A stretch of 56,175 bases of DNA, filler included, from Sphacelaria rigidula (lineage: Eukaryota): the NCBI GenBank assembly GCA_964200075.2. It is 4 parts of 4 records of this genome, joined end to end, with 100 filler letters (N's around TTAATTAATTAA, not from the genome) between each part and the next. Parts side by side here need not be neighbours in the genome. Positions count along the whole stretch, not along the records: positions 14,071 to 28,040 come from CAXNAA020002541.1; positions 28,141 to 42,108 come from CAXNAA020002542.1; 2 more parts are not named here. One strand, 5' to 3'. The position numbers and the translations under genes are program-made. This document shows, in pieces, positions 22,607-34,400 of the stretch; positions within the stretch are counted from its first letter, which is position 1; each line of letters starts with the position of its first letter. The notes under the pieces are model-generated. The model worked only from the letters and a program-made list of their open reading frames with translations. It had not been told where the DNA came from and did no database searches.

Positions 22607-25156
22607 CTCGCCTACTTCAAGGAGTCGTCCGGAGTGCGGGGCAGCATACTCTCCAGTCTTGAAAACGGTGATCTCCATCCACAGATTGATGTTTTCCTCT
22701 TGGAAGTGCTCGTAGCTGTGCCTGCGCCGAAAGAAAATGCCGCTTATTTTACACTTCTTCCTGTATCCGACAAAACATATACATATACATACATTCATAT
22801 CCAGTAATTTACGGAACAGCTGAAACTCCTACCATATAAAGCTGCAGTGACGATCTTGCTCGTGTGGCGATCCTACCAAACGTAACCTTGTTGTAATAAT
22901 CGCTTGGCCAACCACGCAAATGATCCCTCCACTTTATACGATTTACCCTATACCTCTATATGCCGTCGTGTTTTCGTCCTATCGCAGGGTACTGCTTGTT
23001 ATGGCATGAGAAAACGTACGTCGTTCAATTATGAGCGCAGAGATAATTTTTGGTTCGAAATATTGAGCGGATGACTAGTTTCCCCTGATCTCCAAACTGC
23101 GGCACCAAACGTCCACTGGGATGAACGGCAGCACGCGAAATAACTATCGAAAAATGCCGACTACGACAAAATTACAAAAATATCTTGTTTCAGCTGAAAA
23201 CTACTATATCTCTTTTTGCTCTACAGGGCGCAAACACACCCGCGGGAGCAATGCACAAATATACGCTGGGTGTGTTGGCTGATAGTCAGTATGTGTCTGT
23301 AGTGGGGGAGGGGGTATTTTCATGATCTTGCATGCCATAGTCATATGACCATTGATGTCGCATCCCTTCAAGTCCGGGACGAAGCACGCGGGTTTTCGCC
23401 GGACCAGGCTCGGACTCAATCACCAAGCGCGAAGCACCGTGATGTGTTTGGGGGGTCGCAGGAAGGGTGGGCTGCATCCTGCTACGGTGGTTCGGTCTGA
23501 AGCCTACTGATTATCTTGCAAATGGATGGCAGCCCGCAATGAGTGGCTTTATCTGCTGGTATCACCGCGTCCAGAGACAGCCACGGCTTACACACTGCCT
23601 CGTGGATGTCTCACCAGATTAATACCCCGTTGTACGATCATCCCCTTTGCGCGGAGTTCGAGTTCTCCCACCCCGCACAATATGATCTAGCTCGACCACC
23701 ATCATGGTTACCGCAAGAACCGCAAGCGAAAACCAAAACGGTAACCTGGTGGCCGGCGTAGCTTTTACAGTGAGAGGGGGAGGAGGGGAGAAGTTGAAAA
23801 AACGTTTTTTTTCTGCCAGTAATATGTCGTCGAATGAAGTCGCACAAAAACAAAACAAAACAAAACGGAAAGGTAGGGTGGCATGAAATGAAGGATACTT
23901 AGAACAAGAGTACAATACAACGCTAGTATACTCTATGGCAAAAGATCCAGTGAAAGAGGGGGAACTGTTCTTGGTTGTTCGAAAAGCAAGAGTTTGTGGA
24001 TGCGCCAACTGTACACAATCCCTTGTGGAGTTGTTTACGGGTTATGTTGATGGCGAGAGCGTACATGTATCTATGGCTCGAGTATTCCTCCAATCCTGGA
24101 TATCAGTTCCTATATCTAGGAGAAACCTTTCAAATGCTCTACCTGCGCATGGTTGAGCGATCTGTTCCACTACATGGAAACCATTCTGGATTGAGAGCAA
24201 CTACACACACACAGACACCTTTACCAAAGCCTCGTCGTACAGAATAGCAGTAAAATCTGGGGCATAAGTATTCTGAAAAACGAAACAATCTTAGAGGTAC
24301 ACGTGTATGAATACGTTCAACGTATTGGCACTTTTACCCATGTATTGTCTTGTGTGCCGTGAAAAGAGTAGCAGCAGGTCAAATGACCCGCCCCCTTTCG
24401 ACGTAGGTGGTATTATTTTTTCATGTCACGGCCGCCCAGGCATCAAAAAACGACTCGTCGCCACTTGAGTCAATACACACGGTACCGCATTTCAACTAAC
24501 CCGTTCGAACTGTTCAAATTTCTATGTACGGGCTGCCCTTTCTTTTTGTCTCCGTCTCTGTCTCTCTCTCTGTCTCTGTCTCTGTCTCCGTTTCCGTATC
24601 TGTCTCTGTCTGTCTCCGTCTCCGTCTCCGTCTCTGTCTCTGTCTCCGTCTTCGTCTCTGTCTCTTTTTCTCTGTCTCTCTGCACGCATACCTCATGCTA
24701 ACCCCATTGAACTAGCACCTAAATAATCGGTTAACGTTACGTCAGTGTACTCTACGGTACTACTCGATCCCCGCTGAGGTGTCACCGTACAGTGATTTTG
24801 ATTTTGATTTTGTTTTCATTGTCGCACTTGAACTGACCCCCCCGGGGTCCAGTCAGTGTATCCTATCTTCTTTTCTTCTCCGCTATCCGCTCACCTTTGA
24901 AATAGCGAGAGCCCGAGGGAGTCATCCAGGAGAACCTTCATGCCGATACCGTCTGCATCTGCATCTGCATCTGCATCTGCATCACTATCACCATCACCAT
25001 CACCATCACCATCACCATCATTATCATCGTCGTCCTCCTCGTCACCATGGTGAGGGCCGCAGCTTGACATTCTTGCTAGGCATGATGGTGGTCGGTCTAT
25101 ACGGGACATGCCAGGCTGGGACGAAGATCTTCTTATGTTCTCTTCTATATCTCTGT
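22607..25156 (-). CDS. RGS (regulator of G-protein signalling) domain protein, partial; exons ~25156/25152-24895 and 22721-22607
   Basis: Phase-2 GT-AG splice (AG|GTGAGC ... GCAG|G) gives GMKVLLDDSLGLSLFQR|HSYEHFQEENINLWMEITVFK, which matches the RGS N-terminal consensus (LLxDPxGxxxFxxFLxxEFSEENLxFW) without gaps. Confidence 0.8.
23304..23616 (-). mobile_element. SINE-like family X, full-length copy B (~313 bp) with a LINE-derived 3' end and C-rich tail
   Basis: Element strand reads TGGTGAGACATCC...GTGCTTCGTCCC..AAGGGATGCGACATCAATGGTCATATGACTATGGCATGCAAGATCATGAAAATACCCCC; the 3' ~80 nt resemble the LINE end at 56064-56140. Confidence 0.8.
24548..24680. repeat. (GTCTCT/GTCTCC)n hexamer microsatellite
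   Basis: Directly visible. Confidence 0.93.
24794..24862 (-). mobile_element. Short LINE 3'-end fragment (hairpin plus (AAAATC)n tail)
   Basis: GTCGCACTTGAACTGACCCC..GGGGTCCAGTC resembles GTCGCACTTCAAGTGACCCCTCAGGGGTTCAGCC at ~16279-16312. Confidence 0.75.
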
Positions 25157-25479
25157 CTGTGTTGTAATTATTTTTGTTTCCCCCCCAACAGAAGTCGTGG
25201 TATAACAGAGTATTATTCACAGAGATAGCGTGGCACCAACAGAACAAAAAAGAGCATCACAACATAAATGCAAAACGTGTGTTTCGATGCCTGGACCATC
25301 GGTAATATATATATTTCAGACAAATGCGATGCATCGTATTCTATCGCTAATTGGCATGGTATCGCAAGTTTAGCACAATCGTCTACACAAGTGCGCCATC
25401 TAGGTAAGTGTCTAATTAGATCATGACCCAAGCACACTTGAGCTTGCCCCTTCGTTTGGCATCAAAGGGCGGAAACACC

Positions 25480-26770
25480 GATATTATCTCGATACATTGA
25501 CTTTGCCTAATCCTGGAGAATGACCCTACCATCAGGCGACCCTGGAGGATGTCAAGATACTCAGTCGCACTCTCGACTACCAAACGTCTTGAGGGTGCTG
25601 TAACATGCCGCAACAATTTATGCTTGGTACGAGTGGTTGGATTCTGCAGGAACGATCGCACGGTCTGCAAGACTCTTTTGTACAGAGCTGTGCTCGAGAT
25701 GAACAACTGCGAGCGTTTCGAGGCGACTATCCGCAAGCGTCAACTCTGGTCCGCGCTAGCCCTTGTCCGGCAGGGCGACACAAGCCTTCCCAAACGCACC
25801 ATCCACGGTCGGTTAGCCGCACAAAGGTCCTAGGAGGCTGGCCGCCCCCCCAAACACTGGGGGGTCAACCTCCAGGAGAACCTACGTACACTGGGGTCGC
25901 TTCCGTGCAAAGGAGCGCGGCGGAAATGATTCGTCTATGGTGTAGAGGTGACCGACGTACATGGTTGGAATACTATGTGTGTGTGTTAGCCGTCCCATCT
26001 ATTCTGGACGCCGGTCAACACCTTTCGGCACATGTGGGCGCACCAGCCGGGGTCACACAGGAAGGCCAACACAGGAGTTTTTTTCTTTTTTCGCTCTGTT
26101 TTTAACACTCCACCTTCCTTCTACGGTGCTTGGCTTATTTTTTTTTGCGAGAGGAGTTCAGTAGTCCCTTTCCCTCGTCGACCGTCAAGTCGCAATTTGT
26201 GTACCCACGACATAGTCGCTCTTCACCGTTTGGCATGAGAATAAATCCCAGATCGATCTGAGCTTCGAACCCGCGACCCGAACGTCAAAATATTTCGAGG
26301 TTACCAACCAAGCCACCGGGGCGACCGACAAGATCGCTGCGGCGAAGAATATGACCAAATGGCATCGTGGAGTCGAGAAAGGGGTGGACGAGTTCGAGTA
26401 CGCGTGTGGAGACGCGAAGACAAACGAGAATTGGACCACTGGAGCAGAGGAGGGACTGCTGCACTGAGAGCCGCCAATCGAAGGAGTGCCCTTGCTAGCA
26501 CAACAAAAAACAACAGCTCGCGAGAAATCCAAGATGGAAATGACCGGGAGAATGGCCGGCTTTGTCCCCGACTAGGGGTGAATGCAAGAAAATGGGCTAA
26601 CACGGAAACTCATGTACCCCTGTATTTTCATATCGATTATTGAATATATCTTTGGTCGGTGGCTCTGTGGTGCTCCCTGGTGTGCGTTTATACCTGATCT
26701 ACTGTACCGTGTCCCTTTGGTTTCATCACTTTTGCAGTCTCCTTCTTCTATCTTCTCTTTTTCTTCCCCC
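25480..26770 (+). mobile_element. RTE-like LINE 3' fragment interrupted by a tRNA-SINE
   Basis: CERFEATIRKRQLWSALALVRQGDTSLPKRTIHGRL..VYGVEVTDVHGW|SINE|IAAAKNMTKWHRGVEKG; the frame rejoins across the SINE. Confidence 0.85.
25969..26327 (-). mobile_element. tRNA-derived SINE (~360 bp, (CA)n tail)
   Basis: Head GTCGCCCCGGTGGCTTGGTTGG (A box)...GGGTTCGAAGC (B box); near-collinear copy at 38321-38672 and a partial copy at 42209-42294. Confidence 0.85.
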
Positions 26771-27809
26771 ATCTAGGTCTCTCTCTCTAGTCGTGCGTAA
26801 TTTCTTCCGGCTGCATGCAAGCAGCCATTCGGTACCTCGCCTTCATTGGGTTCATGGACGAGAGTTTTCATACTCAAAATAGTGAGGTCGACATAGATGA
26901 GCCGCAATCTGTTTCCACGGCTGCTTCTTGTTTTTTACGATTGGGTGTATGAACGTGAGTTTTGCGCAAGGCATTTTTCCACCAAAGAAAGATGGGCCCA
27001 CGAGAGAATCGCATCGCGCTCAGACGTAACTCTATCCCAACTGCAGTATTAATACGAATGCCCGAGAGTCTGTGCCTAACTCCAGTACGCCGGCCCAGAA
27101 TACCTCCGTGTATTTCTACCGTAGCATCACGCCCCTGCAGGATACAACGAATGCCCTCTAAAAGCTGTGTGTCGAGACGGGCTAGGGACTGGGCGTCTGT
27201 ACACTTCAAGAACGGGAGCAGTTTTTCCCCCAGGAGGAGCTGACGCCGCGGACATTGAACAGAGCACTCGGCTGCGCACCTTTTATGTAACTACACGTAT
27301 TCGTCCCCTCCCCCCTGACTTTGACAATGGCTGTCGTGCTCCTGAGCAAACGCGGTTGCGTCATGCTTTCGAGTTTTTTCACTATATTCCACCCCAAAAC
27401 ACCGAAGATTCGCATTCAAGCGGGCATCATCCATAGTCTCCCATTGACTGATATGTGCTGATTGGGGACCAATTGAGTCTATACCTGCCAAAACGATTCA
27501 TATTCTGTACGCGACCCGGGTTTTATTGGAAGGTTTGGATGTTGAGACCCCGAGCTCTGTGAAGGTCAATGTGCTCGTAGAAATGAATTAGAAAATGTGA
27601 CGCATGGATGATTCCGAGGTCAGTCCGCAGAGAAGTACTGTTTTGAGGTCTGCAACCTTGATGAAGCCGGGCTACTGGTGGGGATTTCAACGGAATTTTT
27701 CATACACGTCGCTTGGTTTAGTTTCCGTTGGTATCGGGCGATGGCCATACGTAGGAATTTGAATTTTCAAGGTAGGCGGTGTCACCCCCCCCTCCCCCCC
27801 CCCCCTCGA

Positions 27810-28040
27810 TGGTGAGGCAGTGTGTAAGCCGTGGCTGTCTCTGGAAGTGGCGATACCAGACAATAAAGCAACTCATTGGAAGCTGTCATCCTCGTCCAAG
27901 ATAATCAGTAGGCTTCGGGCTGCACAGTCTTAGCAGGATGCCGCTCACCCTTCATACGACTCGCCGATAACACCACGGTGCTTCACACTTGGTGGTTGAG
28001 TGCGAGCCTGGTCCGGCGGAGACCCGGCGTGCTCCGTCCC
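27810..28040 (+). mobile_element. SINE-like family X, copy C (3' end cut by the contig edge)
   Basis: TGGTGAGGCAGTGTGTAAGCCGTGGCTGTCTCTGG...GGCGTGCTCCGTCCC; sits directly after a C-run. A further fragment begins contig 3 (28141-28173). Confidence 0.8.
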
Positions 28041-28140
28041 NNNNNNNNNNNNNNNNNNNNNNNNNNNNNNNNNNNNNNNNNNNNTTAATTAATTAANNNN
28101 NNNNNNNNNNNNNNNNNNNNNNNNNNNNNNNNNNNNNNNN
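28041..28140. other. Artificial contig-join spacer
   Basis: Same N/TTAATTAATTAA linker. Confidence 0.98.
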
Positions 28141-28478
28141 AGCCGGGACGGAGCACGCCGGGTTCTCGCCGGATCAGTTGCTTGGGGGGGGGGGGCGGTG
28201 CAAATTATACCACATAATGCATTCTTTGTCCAAAGCTTGTGGTGTAGTTGTCGCTGTTCACATAACATGTGAAGCACCATGGCGATAGGAGAATGTGCGA
28301 AAACGCTTCACGTATAGCCACCATAGTTGTGAGTTTTTCGACGTTCGCAGTACAAGGGCGAAAGTAGCATACATCTAGTCAACTGATGGTCCCAACATAT
28401 TTAGAAAAGCCGAGCAATTATACCATGGGAAATACAATAATTTCACGGACGCGCGCACGCTCACCGCGAAAATTAAAG

Positions 28479-31400
28479 GGGGCAGCAGCGGCCGCCGCTG
28501 CTGCTGCCGCTGCCGCCGCAGCCGAGTCCGTGCCAACGGAGGCGGAACTGGACCTACAGGCGCTACTAGAGCCTCAGGGCGTCCCCTCAGATCTGCTCAC
28601 AGAGGTACTGCGGTGGCGTTTGGCAAAGCCGGATTGCGACCGGGGAGTGATTGTGGATGGTCTAAATTCTCGCTTTGCTGCGGGGGCGACGACTGCAGCG
28701 GCGGCGGTGGTCGGGGCGCAGGGGGGCCAAGAGACGCAGGGGGGGCAAGAGACACAGGGGGTGCAAGGGAGTTCGGCTGAATTTACCAGGGGGAGGACTG
28801 TCACGGTAGCAAAGGCATTGGCCGCTGCGATGCCTTCCGCTAGGCTGCTGGTTCTCCAGTTCGAGGGCGGCGAACAGGGGTGAGCACTAATTATAGCTAC
28901 GTGGTGGTGACGTGACGTGCTGGGTTTGATATTTCGGTGACCACTTGCATATTCATTGTTTCCTCCTGCCGGTATCATGTTCGAAAAGGACTACCGAAAG
29001 TACATCGCATGCTTGGTTTACTGTTCTCGTTCTAAATATTTCCTTTTCTTGGGACGAATCCGCAGTCTCAAGGGACAAAATAAACCATCTATCACACGAT
29101 ACACGCCTCATTTTTTGGTATCAAAGTGGACGCCCCTGGCGGGGATCAAACCCCCGTTTTCCCGACCCGAATGGTGTCAGTTATGCCCTGAGGCCACCGT
29201 GGTGCGGCGTGTTAGAGGTCTGCACCATGTAGCTCGGGTCAGAATACGTAGTGTGATTTCCATGATGCACGCCTCCTGACCACTCTGCACCAGTGCTGCG
29301 CTGAAGAAAGCATCGGCGATACATATTTCAGTATTGCCCGGAACTTGCTGCGTGCTCCTGAAGCGGAGCGTAAAATATCAAAAATCTACACCCATATCAC
29401 CAGCACAATTACCTCCATTCAGGGTGTAGCAATTGATCGGATCGAACGTACACTGAGGAGTAGAACGTCGCCGTTCATTTTCTACTTCTTTGTCCGGGTT
29501 GGTTGCCAGCTCTATCATTTTTGCACCTTCTGCAGGAGGCATCGCTAGACACACACCGAGTACCATCGTAAGCATCCGTGTTACCGATGAATTCGTCGCG
29601 GAGTACAAACGTGTGGGTTTTTGTTGCACAGCCTTCAGATACAGTCTTCACCGTTTGACAATATCAGCTGGAGGATGATATCGGGCGCTTTTCTGCGAGC
29701 TGAAAGACGGACGCACACACACAATATACCCTCGTCACGCAAAGCAAACGCAATCCACAGATAAGGTATGGTGACGTCAATCACCACGCTGCTTTCCTCA
29801 CTGAATAAGATCAGCCTCGTATCATATTCGTTCGCCGGGGATCCCTGTTTGTGGATACCCCGAATGACGCTGGTTCCACTATCTTTGTACAGAGCGCGAA
29901 ACAGAACAAAATGAAGGCCGTTTAGGCTGAAAATCGCTTCATTCATTCTCCTCGAACCCCAGATAGAACCCGGGCAGAATTCCCACCCCAGTTCAACCCT
30001 AGTTTCAATTGTTACGTTGCGTTCATTAAAATGTGATGCCGTCCCCCTCATATCGAACATCGTGTATGTATAAAATAAAAGGGTGAACCTATTGACGCTC
30101 CGCTTCATTTGTTGGCACTCGGGTCAGATGTTCAGTCGAATTAGTTATACTGTATGTTGTTTGTTTTCGACGAATCCGGTATTTTGGGCAGATACGCCTC
30201 ACGCTTGCACAGACTTCAATCAGACGTCGAATCATCACTCTCGCGTCTGGCGGATGAATTCGAAGGCATCCTCACTCTCGAAGAACTCGGCTTCGTAGAT
30301 CCCTCCACCACCGACAGCTACTCCCCGCAGCACTACCCCAACAGTGATGTCCTGGTCACCGGAAATATCGACGACACCGCCGGTGGATTGGGCAACAACT
30401 CGGACGGTAACATCGCTCCCAATTCGGCCAATGTCAGCACCTTGCCCTCGCGAGAAGGAGAGGTATTGGCAAAACGGAGCAGCACACATGGTAATGGGAG
30501 CGCGTCCGCGGAGTCCGGTGCTGCGAGGGACAAGAATGCACAGGCTAGTTGTCCAACTATAAAGGGGAATTGAGGGCACTACTCTCCAAAGTACCGACAT
30601 CGAGACTGCAGTGGTAAACCCTCTGAAACCTCTTCGGCCTCTTTCGTCGCCTGGGTTTTTCAATCGGTCTTGAACGTCAGCGTTGACACCCCAGCTCCAA
30701 GCGTTCCGAGAGATACCGGGGTTGTTTCACAAACATCTCCCAGGGCGAGCACTTCCATGCACCTTTAATTTTACTCCTAATCCTTCTCCCCCCCCCCCCC
30801 CATCCGGGGCACAACGTACTGCACCCCCAGGCAGGCTTCGGTCCCCGGCTGCGCAACGTCCNNNNNNNNNNGGGTTTTTTCACAAACATCTCCCCGGGGT
30901 AGCACTTCCATGCCCCTTTAATTTTCCCCCTAATCCTTCCCCCCCCCCCCCCCGTATCGTTGAGCGACTCAGGTAGCAGCAGGAGGAGATGTTGACCCCA
31001 GTGTGGCGACGATGCTCCCCGAAGCGCCGAAGCCAAAACCCATGAATATTGTGGAACCGGACTGGGACAAAAACGGGGATTACCTTCCGCTGCCTGCATG
31101 GAAGGTAGTAGCTGATTTCCATCACGTCTTCTTGTCCCACTACAGTAGTCGGCGGTCTAACCATTTAGGAGTATTTTGGGCATTTCCTCGCGTATTGCTC
31201 TTCGATGGAACTCGAAATTGCTTGCGTCGGTAGATTTTGGTACAATAAGCAGATCATCCTCGAAACACAGTGCGCAAGTCAGTGCCAGTTGGTGCTATCG
31301 GGCGAAACGAGTAAAAACTCCGTTCATCAGGAGGGCGTTGTTGACCGTGAAACACAGTTTTTCGGCCTTAATGCAATAAGTAGGCATCATTTCTGAAAAA

Positions 31401-34400
31401 TAAAACTGTACATTTCTTCACAAATATGATCGGGACAGGCTCGATCGACCGAAAATACAGAAGAGTAGGAATCTGGGCTGACACGTGGCAGGACCCACGA
31501 TGACCGGTCAGCCCGTACGTTACTCAATATTGAGTACAGATATTTTTTTCTTCTTGGAATGTGGAACGGATACAAATATCTTCAGATCCCCGATATGATC
31601 AGCGATGACAAGCGAAAATAGTCCGAGAAATCCCCAATTACGAAAAAACCACAAAATGCCATAAAATGAATAGTTAGACCGCCCACTACTGTATATATCA
31701 CCCCCCTCGGGACGACGAGAAAACTCGCCGACACTTCTTCTCCTCGTCCCTCCACATACCCTCCCGATACTGGTTCTCCGCTTCTTCCGTCGTTCCTAAG
31801 TTAACGCAAAGTTGTTGCAATCTATTACTATGCGTCCACGGGAGTGTTCTGACGACAGCCAACGAACACACACCACGACTACAGTATCGCCAAACAAACG
31901 CAAACAGGAACTATCCGAGGCCGAGTTATGGACGCTTGACGATCGTCAGCGCGAAGAACACTTCCGGGTGGGTGAACGACGGCGCAGGGTAGAGTTCAGC
32001 CGCGCCAGGCGAACCCTTGCCCGCGTTCGTATCATTAATACGTCATTGGCGGCGGGAACAGGACGGGGGGGTAAGAAAGCCGGAGCTGAAGGCGCCCTGG
32101 ATGACGGAACGGTTGGGTAAGATTCGCATGTACACGATCTAAGTATTTTGCTGGGATTGTTTTTCCAATTTTCCACAATTCATTTAACTTTTTGTTTGTT
32201 GGTTCGTTTGTTAGCATCTGTATTTTTCATTGAAGGATTGAAAACGAATCTCCGACCTGGGGAGCATATGTTAAACGCCTTCAAATATTTGACAGCGAAG
32301 TAAGCGTGGCCAATAGCTTCAATCGGTATATTGTGTTCAATATGTATTGCTATTTATGCTGTTCATCTTGAACACTGGCTGGTCTACGTACTTACGTGAG
32401 GGCAAGAGGTAAACCCTGTCCTTCCGGGCGCCGGGACGGTTGGTACAAGGAGAAACTACGTTGCGGAATCGTGGTGAAGATACTTTAAGCAGCAGATTCG
32501 GGCCGGAAGTGATCAACACATTTGTGCTGAGGGGTTGGCGAGGCACGGTTTGCGAGGAAGGCACAGACAAGTAGCAATGGCATGTCTTCGACGGTATGGT
32601 TTGAACACATGTCCTGGGAAAGAAACACCAGTCGTGATTGAATAAACATCCGGTGGAAATTAACTGCCACAGATACACCTACAAATATACAAACACATAT
32701 TTCCGCTAGCTTGTGGTTACAATTCCAGGTACCCGGCACCCTACATGCAGTACTTACACTTTTCAAACACCCGACATCTTACATGAAACGCTTTACAGGT
32801 CAACATGCGAGCCAGAAATTGGCGACCAGGCAACCGGGATTCTCGGCGCCCACAAAATTGGCGATGACCCGTACGAAACATTCGTCAGCTATTTGCAGTC
32901 GTTCGTTTTAAAGGCATTCGAGAACCGCGCAAGTACAGCGTCAACGACCACAACCGCCGCCGCCGCGGAAAGCCTGCCGCCTTCCCAGCCCTCTTCGGCC
33001 GAACCCCTGGATACCCCTGTCGAAGACGGAGGTACTCGAAACAATCCACGCGGCAGCCAATCAAATCGTGGATCACGGCCGGTTACGACTTCACGCGTCG
33101 GCGAATCTCGTCGTGGATCGCGATCGGGTGCTACTTCACGCGCCGGCGAATCCCGTCAAGAATCGCGGGCAGCTAGTAGTCAAGAGGGGATAGGTGGCAC
33201 CGCCGTTTTCATTGCTCCTTCAGAAGCGGATGATTTCAGTCCTTCCGAACCCCCACCTATTCATGAAGCAGGCACAATATCACCCATAGCCGGGCAGGCC
33301 GTGATCACAGAGGCTTTGAATCTCGAGATGACGAGCAGCTTAAACCTACATAACGACGTAGAGACGGCCTACGCGTTACTACCCTTACCTGCAGTCCCGG
33401 TCCCGGACCCTAAAATTCTCGCGATCCCTGACGAAAAAGTGAGGCAACTGGTGCGGCGCCCGGTTGTGCGTCGGGGTGAGCGACCCCCCCTTCGAAGAAT
33501 AGAGATATTGCCCTGGCCTGTAGTGCCGTCGCGTGCGCAATCAAGGGGATCTCATGCACCGCAGGGATCGGCGGGAGCGGGGGCAGGAGGGGCAACTGGT
33601 GTGGACGGGAGGGTGAGAGACACGGAAAAGAAGGCAAATATCGATACTATCAAAGCGCACAGTGGTGAGCTAGGTGCTACCGGTACATCTAGCGGTGTGA
33701 TCTTAACAGCGGGGGTTGAGCATACGGTGGAGATGCGGGCGGCGTCAGGTGCTTTGGGAGAGGATGGATATCGTTGGGTGGTGAGTGAAACATCCGAGCG
33801 GCAGTTGGACGGGGTTTTGAACACCGTTGACACCCCTCTCCCTGACACATCGACGAGGCTGTATGCTCTTGCGAGACCTTCCGGAGAGGCTTCAGGAGAT
33901 CTCACGAGAGAATTTGAGACTCCTAAGAGAGAACTTTGTGAGGGTCTTCGCAGAAGCGGTATCTACACGTGCGAAAACTCCATGTCGAGGATAGGGGAGG
34001 CGCTTGTATCGCACCGGAATTTGACTTTTGCAGCAAGCTACGCCGAATCACAGTCCGCAAAAACGACTGTACCGCGTACTGCGCTATATATTTTTTAATA
34101 CGGTGCATAGTCAGGGGGCAGACAGCCTAGTCAACGGTAATTGCAACCGTAAGACTTGAGTGGTGGTTATATTAACACCTACCTAGCCCCGAAGTGAGCG
34201 GGGGAGATTTGCAAGGGCGGGGGGAGGGGTGGGGTTACTAACGTTTTGTATACGCGCGCAAAAATTACGGGCAGGTTGAAGACGTACGTACAACATGGAA
34301 TGCACGTCCTCTGACCAGATATGCGCGGTTCGCTTAGACCATTGGTCTCGAGAGAATAGACTGACCGAAACTGGGGGGGGGGGGGGGGGGAACCAAAACC

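Noticed and set aside
23490-23545. Group I intron P/Q-like motifs (ATTGCGGG, AATCAGTAG) in family X
   Set aside because: The P-like motif is not conserved in the other two copies, and no R/S elements were found.
23712-24142. Candidate extra RGS exons (23745-23712, 24142-24065)
   Set aside because: Direct 24895-to-22721 splicing reproduces the RGS consensus spacing exactly, and these candidates break the phase with 24895.
26255-26327. tRNA genes here, at 38600-38672 and at 29128-29207
   Set aside because: Imperfect cloverleaves; the first two are fused to a repeated SINE body and the third looks like a similar head, so they are treated as SINE heads.
30718-30953. ~80-bp direct repeat either side of a 10-N gap
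   Set aside because: The second copy is a C-biased degraded version next to a poly-C run, typical of a scaffolding or read-quality artefact.
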